Under the pieces are notes generated by a model. The model did not search any database. It saw nothing but the letters and a program-made list of their open reading frames with translations, and was not told where the DNA came from. A DNA stretch of 64,000 nt from Novakomyces olei (taxonomy: Eukaryota): contig JADEYG010000009.1 in the NCBI GenBank assembly GCA_016906335.1, positions 434,001 to 498,000 on the forward strand, given 5' to 3'. Of the stretch, positions 1 through 13,440 are shown piece after piece; within the stretch, counting starts at the first letter, position 1, and each line of letters opens with the position of its first letter. The position numbers were made by a program, and so were the translations under genes.

Positions 1-33
1 ATTGCGATATATAATGAATGAGAGGGTCATTTT

Positions 34-2549
<2,516 letters not shown>

Positions 2550-3304
2550 TCTGGTCTTTGAGCCTGGGACCATACTGTATTAAATGTTTAATCCTACTGG
2601 GTTATAAGGCCTGATTTATTTTTGCTCTTGCCTTTTCACATGCGGTTTCCATTCGAACCGATCTTTTGTTTATACATTATTTGGCTGCTACTCACTGTCT
2701 CGGTGGCAGTCTCGGTGGCAGTCTCGCTGTACCATTTCATTGTCCATCAAAACATTTCATTGTCTTTTATTTCTCTCGCTTCAAGCAAGCTGTTGGTTTT
2801 GTTTATTCTGCAGGATCCGTTCTCTCTGGCCTACAATAATTTTGTACATGATCCCTTTCTGTTTCACCTTGGCCTGCCCGTTTCATTCCATGACCTCTAC
2901 TTTAGACGCTCATTTATATTTTGAGTCTGTTTTATCTGCACAATTACTATACCGTTGAACATTTTTGGAATCAGTGTACTGATGCTCAGACTTATACACT
3001 CGCTGATTGAATCGATTGGAATGATTACGGTCCGTGTCAATTGAAGCTACTTTTTTAAAGGCCGGGGAGAAGTGCACAGTTAGGTTTCCTTTTATGATTT
3101 TTATTTGTTCATGAATACTTTGTGTATGTTGTAATATAGTATTGTACAATCGTCTTTAGCGATGCATAGAATATTTCTGTGTGAATAATGGTTAGTTGCA
3201 TAGCAATATGGATTTAATACTGTTTGACCATAATTTGCAGCCTTTTTGCCCACTGCCAAAGACTCGAGCTTAATATTGTAATATTTCGTTTCTCCGTGAA
3301 TAAC

Positions 3305-3340
3305 AATTAATCAATCAATTAATCAATTAATTAATTAATT

Positions 3341-3417
<77 letters not shown>
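3305..3417 (+). repeat. (AATT)/(ATTT)n microsatellite
   Basis: Tandem run between convergent gene ends. Confidence 0.9.
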
Positions 3418-3522
3418 TGTACTACTTTTCGACACAGGAAACCCAAGAATCGCCATCTACAATAATCATGTTTAAAAGCATTGCTTATATTAAGACAAAT
3501 GCACCTATGTATACCGAATGTA

Positions 3523-4647
3523 TCAATATTCAATCTGGCCGAAAACAGGCTGCTCTTCTAAAAGACCAGACTCGTCTTTTATTTCCCGTTCGTTTGCAGC
3601 TTGAGACGAACCGGCAGAGATTTCGTCAGAATCGACCGGTGTCCGGGGCGAAGCATGGCTTTGCGAAGATCGATCATGTGTGTCCTCATCGTACTCACTC
3701 TCGATACCGTTACTTGCAGCCCGAAGGTGTCCCAGTCCGCCAGCACCAAAATGCCGGGCAGAAGGATTAGTAGAGGAAGTCAATGGACTTTCGTCATTCA
3801 AAGAATCAACTTTAAGCGCGTCCATTTTCAACGAATCAACCAGGTCATCGTCTGGTCCAAAAAATTGCATAGCCCCTGTTCCAGTGCCCTCGTGGCTCGG
3901 TTTAAGTAAAGGAGAGGAAGATGAAGGTGATCTGTTCATACGTACTAATATAGACGCGGCTTCCAGCAGCTGTACTTGTTGGTGTTTGGAGATGGAGAGC
4001 TTTGATGTTTGGTTCCCTGGTGGTTAGTTGCAGGGTACCCAAGATAGTCGACAAGACGCGAAAAGAAGGTACAGACGGCACAAGTCGAGTAAAAAGGTAA
4101 AGGCAGAGTGCGGGTAAAAGGCTATTCTCATATATATATATGTATATATGTATAATAGATCAAATAGATACCAACTGAATGGAGGAGTAAATGTACTTAC
4201 ATTGCGCAGTATGCTCCCATTTGTGCTTTGATAGACACGAGACTAAACAATTAGCTTTCCCCTCAATCGTTGTACAGAAAACTTACTGCTCTTGTAATTT
4301 TTGCCGCACAAGTCGCACCGTACATCCCCGAGCGCGTGAGATACAGCTTCAGACTTCCTGCGTTCCTTTTTTATCTCGGACCGCAGTGATTTGTATGAAT
4401 TTTCCTTGCCGTCGTCGTTACCCGCGGCCGGGGAAGATGCGATAACCGCCTCTTCATTATCTGAGTTTGACAATGCATCAGCGGCCAAAGCTTTTGACAG
4501 CGACGAAGGAGGGTTTGCGGCTGCTATAGGATACGGTGAAAACCCTCCACCTGATCCAGGCGAAAAGGCGGAAGGATGATGTGAGGACGACCGACGCCGT
4601 GCGGACGCCCGCGTTGCGTGGATCGGGATTGAGCCCACAGTCATCAT
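3523..4647 (-). CDS. Single C2H2 zinc-finger protein, conserved fungal family, 3 exons
   Basis: Exons 4647-4287, 4242-4201 and 4016-3523 give RCDLCGKNYKSISCLSKHKWEHTAQWNQTSKLSISKHQQVQLLEAASIL. GTAAGT donors and CTAAT/CTAAC branch points. Confidence 0.85.
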
Positions 4648-4694
4648 AAGATATAGTAGGCTAATATGGTATTAAAAGAAACAAAGTTGGTTCG

Positions 4695-4783
4695 ATTGAG
4701 GATTGAGGATTGAGGATTGAGGATTGAGGATTGAGGATTGAGGATTGAGGATTGAGGATTGAGGATTGAGGATTGAGGATTGA
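4695..4783 (+). repeat. 7-bp tandem repeat (GATTGAG)x~12 just upstream of the C2H2 start codon
   Basis: Perfect tandem copies. Confidence 0.95.
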
Positions 4784-5775
4784 CAGACACGGAATTGACT
4801 GAGCCTTGTCCGATTCTGATCAGCTTGATATAGAGTGCCGGCGAGTTTAAATGCTCAATATATTAAGAGAGGAAAAAGAGCCACAGAAAAGCAAACACGT
4901 CCTTCGAAATATGAAAGAGTAAACTGTCCGACACAATTGCCAGCAGAGACAAAGGCAATCGTGTACGGCGGCTAACTCTTGTTGAATTAGGGCGCGTTTG
5001 GATACAATAATTGAATCCAAGCAAAGTCTGCAAAGAGGCTCTGTCCAGCGCCTCGATTGGGCGACTGCTGCTTCACAAACACGGTCTATAGCGTATGCCG
5101 AGAGTGAGGTAGGCCGACTCTCCACGAAAAGAGCCAAGCAAAAAAAAAGATCTGAAACGCAGAGGCACGGAAACCGATGGAAGTCGTGCAAGAGGCAGTT
5201 CTTGTGCGGACGCAGTTCTTCAGGGATTGAGCAGGTAAGCGGTGAGCCGTGTCTGAACGCGTGTCAAGCCTATACTCTTGCGGTCCGCAATTGCGCAGAC
5301 AGTGGAGCCCAAAAAAAAATAAAAGAACAAAACTAAAAATAAATTCAAGAGGGAATAATATGCCTCGCAAGTGCCGACGCGACGCGCGTTTGCAGTCACG
5401 ACGGCACCAGTGTTGCTGAATGAAAAAGGACTCGCTCAAAGGCAGCTCAGTGGCTGCTTTTCAGGTCTCTTTTATCCCTCAGCCAAAGGAAGCAAAGTGG
5501 TTCCAGAAAAAATAATAATATATTTATATAAAGTGCCCTCCTCCAATTGTCGGCAATCGCACCCAAAGGTAAAGGGAAAACAAATAAAATAGTATGAATA
5601 AGAGTATATGGTATGAAAGAATATATATGAAAGAGTATATATGAAAGAATATATATGAAACTATGGAGTATAGTATGAAAAAGATTATAGTATGAATAAA
5701 ATGGGATAGAGACGGAGGAGCAATAATTATTCACAGCTACTATTTTAATCTTGTATAAAATTCACACTATAAACT

Positions 5776-6030
5776 TGCAACGTGGTACTGCAGCATTCCA
5801 TAAGCTAAACCGTTTTGGGCAACCAAATACTTTTTGCCTTGGAATACTGATAAGAATGGATGGATGATTAAATATAAATCTCGATTTGCTAATAATTCGT
5901 CAGATCTAGAACAGCGCAGAATCCGTGTGCACAGGTTACTTGGTCGGCATCTGCGTTACTTACACGAGGGTAGCGTTAATGTGCGCGAGTATACTTACTT
6001 GCCAACGCAGCTGTCCCCTCTTGCTACATG
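5776..6030 (-). ncRNA. Candidate spliced structured RNA or micro-gene (unidentified)
   Basis: TATA at 6059-6064; 40-nt GTAAGT...ATTAAC...TAAG intron at 5998-5959; hairpins; no recognisable protein. Confidence 0.35.
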
Positions 6031-6172
6031 AATACACGTGCAAGTAACTCTACTGCGTTATATACGTGTGCATGTAAATCGAGTCATACGCGCTCGGCCA
6101 TAATAATATTAAGGCAGCAATTGCCTCGTAAACAATCATCGTCGCGTACACTAAAGAGATATACGGTTCGGT

Positions 6173-7506
6173 ATGGCGGGCGAGAGCCGGCACGAGCTGG
6201 TCGCCTGGATCAATGACGTATTTTGATTTTTATTTGTTGCGGCTAACGCGTCAGTTAACTGGACTCGGCATTACCAAAGTCGAGCAGTGTGGAAAGGGTA
6301 CGGCGAGCAGGCTCTCTGTTTATTCAGACAACTAACGCCAGCAAGGGATCGCGCTATGCCACGTCTACGACTCTATATGGGGTACGTATTGAAACTGGAT
6401 AAACGTTTAATTTTTTTTTGTTTTGGTTTATATTCTTTTTGTCATTTTTCCCCCTCTCTTTTGGCCTTGTTGGCTTGTCAATTCGTCGATTCGTCACCGC
6501 TCTCATTCAGCTCCCGCTTTTTGGTCTCGCTTTTTGGTCTCGCTTTTTTACTAATGCTGTAGGTGACGTTGCTATAAAAAAGATTTCGGTAATCAAGTGC
6601 AATTTGCATACATTCTAACTCTCAAGTTTAATGCAAACAACGAGTATCAGTATATTCAGAATTGGAAGGTTCTACAGGCCGCTTTTAGTCGCCATGAAAT
6701 GGAACGACAGATCCCAGTAGATCGTTTGGCTCGCTGCAAGATGCAGGATAACTTGGAGTTTTTGCAATATTCAAAACGGTACTGGGACCAGTATTACAGC
6801 GGCCAACCGTATGATGCCGCAGCTCGTCGAGGAGGCAGTGTTGCCGGCCCAATTAGAGCCGCAAACACTCTGGCACCCAAGGCGAGCTCTGCCAGTTTAG
6901 CTGGCAGAGCTAATGGGCATACTCCGGCAGCGAGAAAACCCGCTTTATCGTCTGGTGCAAGAGCTGCACCAGTGCACACCAGCTCATTTGAGCAGCCTTC
7001 TGCTCGAATTTCCACCTCAAATATACACCAGACTCGGGCACAAGAGCTTCAAGAGCAGTTGGATCAGTTGCAGGAACAGGCGGAAGGATTGGAACGCGAG
7101 CGGGATTTTTACTTTGGAAAATTGAGAAAATTGGAGATCATAATTCAAGAGCACTCGGCCGGAGCAGAAGGTCAGCATGAAGCTGCTGATCCGGAATCTT
7201 TTCTGTCTCGTTTAAATACCACACTTTACCAGACCGAGGTAGTTTGTCACCCACAGTCATATATTTATTTATTATTTATTTACTTGTTGGCTTACGCCTT
7301 TTTGCATCTCACGACCTTAGCATATTGTATTATTACATCAATTAAAAGCTTTTTATTTTATTATTATTATTATTTTTTTTTTCATTTTCTTTCTTTTTTG
7401 TTGCTAATTTGTACAGGAAGGTTTCGAGGTACCTGCCGAAGTTGTGAGCAACGAAGTTGAAGGGCTCAATTTAGACGAGCGTATTGACGATAATGAAACC
7501 TTTTAG
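6173..7506 (+). CDS. MAL3: EB1-family microtubule plus-end binding protein (Mal3/Bim1), 6 exons
   Basis: Spliced MAGESRHELVAWIND-LTGLGITKVEQCGKG-IALCHVYDSIWG-DVAIKKIS-FNANNEY (CH domain); EBH motif GLERERDFYFGKLR; C-terminal ETF. Confidence 0.95.
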
Positions 7507-8016
7507 ACGTACAAGTCTCTACATTTATTTGCATTTACATACCAAATCATGTGATCGGCTTGCGCTTGTGTTTAAACTTTGTCATTTCATCTCTAGTCGT
7601 GACAATTTTAATGTACAGTCTTTTTAAAGCATAGTATAAGGAATAGGATCAAGATTTAAAGTGGAAAAGGCATGTGTATAAGGCTCAAGTATAGAGATTT
7701 TCAGGAATAATAGAAGAAATAAAAATGAGGACCAAATTTGAGTCGGCATTCCATCATCTCCAAAGATAAATGTGATTTTATGTTCAATTGCCCTGATCCA
7801 AGACAAACGTATAATCGAGCTGGGGTATTTGCATTCTGCAGTCGCAGATATGTACACACTCTGAATTTTGGTTGGAAAATAATAGACAATAAACAAATAA
7901 CTAAAACAATATATAAGTATAAATATAAAATAAATAAAATAATAGCAGCAGTAGTTGTGGCAATAGAAGTAATAATAATAGTAAAAGCAGGAGAAACAGT
8001 TTAGACGAGTTTTCAA

Positions 8017-10203
8017 CTAGCGTTGAACGCTCATTTGACCCATTTCGACTTCAAGTGCCTTTGACCCAGAGTCTGCTAGACTTTTTCCCCGTTGCCCAAC
8101 AGTAACAAAAGCATCGCGTTGCACACTCCCTTCCCTCTCCCTCCGTTTGTCTGTACTGTTCTCCTCAGAATCTGTCAGAGTTGAAGCCGAATTTAGAGTC
8201 GAATTTGGCACTGAAGTCGTCGTAGACACTTGTCCCTGTAAACCCGCTGTGCCATTCAAATCAGCATCAGTCCATCCAAAGACATCAGCCCACCAGCAAA
8301 CAGCAGCTGGGTCAGGTAATATTACTCCTCCATCAGGATCAGCAGCGTCTACCTTTGCATTGTATCCACTATAAAGCCATTCTCCTCGTCGCGCGAGGAA
8401 ATAGTCCCATACAGAACGAGTGCGGTCGGCCACTTTGGCCTCGACCCTCTCCCTTTCGTTGTTGTATAGAAAGGTTCCATATTGGCACGAGTAAGTGTGG
8501 TACATTAGCCTGCGCAAGAACCGTTCATTGAACTCGAACCTTGTCGGAAACTGCCTCATTATTTGGTACGTGGCATCAAGAAATTGATGAAAAACAGGTG
8601 AAGTGTACTTTAATTCATTGCGTCTGTTTATATTTTGCAATCCACGTTGCACATTGTGCAGTGCAGATTGGGCAAACGTGTTTGTTGTGGCCCGCGCGGT
8701 TGGCGATAAACCTCCATTGCTATTATTGTAGTTAAAACTATTTTGGGATTTCATAGTTGTAGTTGTAAACGACTTTTCTGTGGCCAAATGACCGGCTCGT
8801 TCGGCAAACCTGTGCCCAAAAGCCAGCCAGTCCTTTTCGACCAGGGTTATAAACCCTTCTAGTGTTCGATAATAGGGGTCTAAGCAAATTTGGGCAAGAG
8901 CGCACAGCTGGCTCGTACGGTCCCATCCATCACTGCAGTGCACGAGGACGTGAGAGTGCAGTATGGCAATGTGGCGAGTAATGAGGCAACTGCCCTCGAT
9001 CAGAGAGCCGATATGCTTTAGCCAATTAGAACGGGCTAAAGCGTCCCGGTTAGGAGGCAGAGGTGAAATGTCCGTGTCCTTGAACGCCTCGACTACACGT
9101 GCCAGGGATTCCCTCATAACGTGGATGTTATCGATTCCAAGAAAGACTTTACGTGACCCCCGGTAGTGCTCCATATTTTCACTGCCTGCTCCAATTGCTA
9201 CATTGGCCATTGCATTGGCTGTTGGTCGTGCGTCGATGATTAGATTATTGTCCATGCAGGAACCGTACACCTGTCGGTTTCTGCTCAAATCTGAGTTTGC
9301 ATTTTGATTCGTATCAAATGACGGTGACCGTGATTGTAAGGACTTTGCTGATGAAGCGTCGCTTTGAGCAGTTATAGGTTCGCTAGAGGCTCCCCGCTCT
9401 GGCCGAGCACTACCAGTCTTTTCCCCGTTAGATTTAGGGTGACGAGTGGCAAAAATTGCCTCCACCAGCCGCTCATCTTGCGGAGACCTGTTCTGTTTCA
9501 GCCCGACCATTGGCTGTGAAGATCGGGTGATGGAGCAGCCATTAAGTGCGTGTACGTACGTGAGAGCAGGAATCCGTGCTTTTGATCTAAATTTCCCGGC
9601 GTAAGCAATAACATTGTCACTAACGTCCCGCGGCACAGCAAAGAGCGAAGGGTAAGTAGGGCAAAACGCATAGTCCCTGTTGACCTCGGTTACACGCCAG
9701 TCGCGATTGCCCTTGTCAATGCCCATCCGTGCAAGTTCCCGCAGCGGATTGTAAAAAGTCCATCCGCTATAATCTCGCTCTGCTGGGCCAGGCTCATACG
9801 CAAAGGCGTACAGCTTGTCGATGCTGTCTACGCAAGTTAGCCTTTGCAGGAGAGCAAAGGCATTTGCCGCAGATGCCTCGTCTACAAAATCAAGAGCGAA
9901 AAACGTGAAATCGCGGCAGCGGACACGCAGCGGAGTGTTGCCGGAAGTGTATGCCGGCTGCTGCTGTACTTGCTGGATCATCGGGTAGCATACCCAGACT
10001 TCAAGCCGGGCATTAGGAGCAGAGAATATTAGATGGTGCGGTGTAAAGTGTAATTGCCCTCGAGTAGCGACTCCACGCCGGACTAGATGAACATCGGAGA
10101 ACTGGAGAAGGTCAGTCTCTCGTGAATAGTGGAATTGGACAGACAGCAATTAGACTGTGGAGACTGTGGGCCGACTTACCTTTGCGTGCCGTGAAGGCTC
10201 CAT
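8017..10203 (-). CDS. YMR1: Myotubularin-family PI3P phosphatase
   Basis: Catalytic HCSDGWDRT, N-terminal PH-GRAM-like region; exon 1 10203-10180 (MEPSRHAK), exon 2 10101-8017. Confidence 0.95.
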
Positions 10204-10377
10204 ACTGGAGATTTCTCGATCGCGCTCCTAGTTCATGAGCCTGTTAATTATTCTCCTCGAAAATGGTACTTTATTTGTAATGGGATTATGACCCGATTAG
10301 TGTCCTTGTTATACACGTTTGTCTGCTTGAAGAGGATTATATTTCTCTTGTCCAAATGTTAGTGATTGTACTTGCTT

Positions 10378-10605
<228 letters not shown>

Positions 10606-11806
10606 CTAGTCCTACGCCGAATCAATCTGCTCTGCGTGATTTTACAAAGCCCGTGTAATTAAAGCGTCAAACTTTATGCGTGAATTTCCAATCTAACGTA
10701 TTCTAGTCCATTTTTCAATATTACAGCCATCCTATCAGACAGTGTGTGCTTGTAGCGTTACTTGGTACTGCGTTCTACTTTGCCGGCCCCTTTTTATTGA
10801 TTCTATAATTACTCACTCACACGCAACGATAATGCGATAGTGTGCGTGTGCACAAATCAAGCGTTGTGCTATCTCAAGCAGATCTCCTTTTTGCGTGGCT
10901 AATTATTATTTCTATTTGGACAAGTTCCTCTAATAAATACGAATACACGGTCGTCACGTAAAACACGTGCCACAACTCGTAAAAATCTAATCAGTTGCTA
11001 CAATACTTCCACTGTCAGAGTGTCAGGGACGCGTTTTTTTATTTGAAGCAAACAAACAGTATCGTAATCCTTGTAGTCGTCTATCGCTCACACATCTGTC
11101 CAGTATGATTTCACCATTCACACGATTAAATTTCCGTCATCATATGCACTGACATGCCCAATGAAATGGGTATACTCTCAAAAGTAATAGCAATTTTTAT
11201 TATGAAACATGGATAAGCAACAATAAAATTAGGGCCAGCAGACATGCAGCCAAGCTAGCTCAAGCGACTACAAAATAGGACAATATGATTGAAGAATCAG
11301 AGAGGCTCGGCTCGAATTCCTTGTAGTCGTTTTTGACGCAACCCTAGAAAAGTAGCATAGCTTACCCGATTACCTGATATGACCTGATATGTCTAGCTGT
11401 TAGTCTAAATTAGTCAAGTAGGGTTTTTTATGCTCCATAATTTCGACTCCGCCTAGTCGCGCTACAGCGAACGCCTGAAAGCTCCTTAATATTGCGAATT
11501 GTTCATGTACCCATTAACCCGCATTATTTTACTATAACGAACCGCGGATTGGGCTAGGGTATAGGCATAACCTAAAAGATAAGTATTAGGAGCCATTAAT
11601 TCTGCCTGGTTTTGCCTTCATGCCCTATCATCAGGTTCCCTGTATTGGGGTTAAGAGAAGGTCTTTGACGGAAATACTGCACTCGTGAAACGCAACAAAA
11701 CTATCAAACTCTTCATCAACGATAAAGCTCACTCTCAACGAACAACTGCCTTCAAACTCCGAGAAACCCCGTATTATATCTCCAAGTGCCCCTCCAGCTG
11801 TCGAAC

Positions 11807-12589
11807 ATGGTACGTACTCTCCATGGACCTTCTTTACAAGTCTGGGATATTTCGGAAAACTGATTACTAACGGCCATACAGGGGTTACGGTACAATACAT
11901 ACTTGAATGGTCCTCGGTAAGAAAGCCTTGCTTTTATTGATTTTTATTTTATTTTATTTTATTTTTATTTTTCCAATACCTATCGAGCTCTGAGATTACA
12001 AGATCCGAGAACTTTAGGCGTTCAAGGGGACAAGGCTGAGGGGGTTAAAGCTCTATAGCGTTATATACATACTTTGATGAACACGCGAGCTCTTTTCTTG
12101 TTCCATTTATTCTCAAAGCGGCTTTACGTCAAATAAGAGCTTTATCGTACAGCAATCTAACACGTTTAGAGTCTATGGCTGCGGCAAATGCAAAGCACAT
12201 CTTTCTCATTTTGACGACATAATCTCACGTGTATGTATTTAAAGAATGTTTGGCTTCAACTAACTGTTTTCTTTAGCAATTTCGAGGTCAGCACGGCAAA
12301 GCCTTTCTCTTTAACAGCGTGTAAGATTTTGTTTGCGATTTACATTAATTTTGTAAGGGTAAATGTGACTGAGGGTGAACCGGAACATCGCCACATGACA
12401 ACAGGCCGACACATTGTACGAGACATTACATGCAAGCAATGCGGCACTTGCGTCGGATGGAAGTACGATAAAGCATTCGAGGAATCACAAAAGCATAAAG
12501 AAGGTAAGATCTTACTTGTTTGACATCAACTCATCTGTCCAGGCAAATATATACTGGAAATGATGCTTTTGATTGAGCGGAATCAATAA
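11807..12589 (+). CDS. MOH1: Yippee/Moh1 zinc-binding protein, 6 exons
   Basis: ATG alone in exon 1 (11807-11809), then GLRYNTYLNGPR-VYGCGKCKAHL...FRGQHGKAFLFN...MTTGRHIVRDITCKQC...GWKYDKA...KEGKYILE. Confidence 0.92.
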
Positions 12590-13440
12590 ATGCAATGTTG
12601 ATTGCCATGAAATTCTTCAATTTTCTCTCATCATTTTTTTATTTTTTCTGATAAATTTAAAGGCTGCATCATGGAGAAGCAGTCTGCTCTATATCGATGA
12701 GCCGCCGCCGTTGCTTTTTATTTTTATTTTAATTTCTTCGTTTATTTACGCGGAAAATGGGAGGACATACATAAGAGACCGACCAGGTTTTAAAGTGAGG
12801 TCATCGCAAAGCGTTGAAAATTGCGAGGGAAAAAAGACACAGAAAATGAAAATAAAAATTTGGAGGAACAATTGATTGGAACATTTGATATGCTCAACAT
12901 TTGAGATTATTCTGACGGTTAAGTGATTGTCAAATGCAGCGCCATTTCTCAATTCTTTCCCCCTTTACTTCTTTCTTTATCGGTTCATATTTTTTTTTAT
13001 ATCATATAATTTATTCTATTTAATTTTTGTTGCAAGCTTTCTTTTCGTTTTTATGGGCAGCAGTTTCATGTCAGTATTATTGAGCGGAGTTGGGTGGTGC
13101 AAGGCGTGTTCGTTTATATTCAGGGGACAGGTGAAGCATAAATGGCAATTACAGGGAACAACAGTTGGCATTTCAGTTTTCAAGCCGATCGGCAAAGAGC
13201 AGGCGATGAGGGTAAAGGGAAAGAGGGCAAAGCAAGGTTTGGGTGGGAATTGATCTGGTTTATTTTCGATAGCAACAAATAAAAAGAACAAATAAATAAA
13301 AAGAACAAATAAATAAATAAGTTATTAATTGATAAATGTAATTGCAAAATCAAGTATGTATCTACTAGAATATACATATTATTAATTACTAATTGCCACG
13401 ATACTCATAGCCATGCTAATTCTTTTCTATAACGCGCGAG

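Noticed and set aside
4112-4124. GCCTTTTACC (U5 loop I) on the minus strand in a C2H2 intron
   Set aside because: No flanking stem or Sm site
5991-6002. ATACTTACTTG resembling the U1 snRNA 5' end
   Set aside because: No U1 stem-loops or Sm site follow; better explained as a minus-strand GTAAGT donor
11250-11335. tRNA-like A/B boxes (TAGCTCAAG, GGCTCGAATTCC)
   Set aside because: No cloverleaf or acceptor stem; only a CGACTACAA/TTGTAGTCG inverted repeat
11989-12020. CTGAGATTA...GAACTT resembling an intronic TPP riboswitch
   Set aside because: Lacks the downstream GATC...TAAT...AGCG core, and the host gene is unrelated to thiamine
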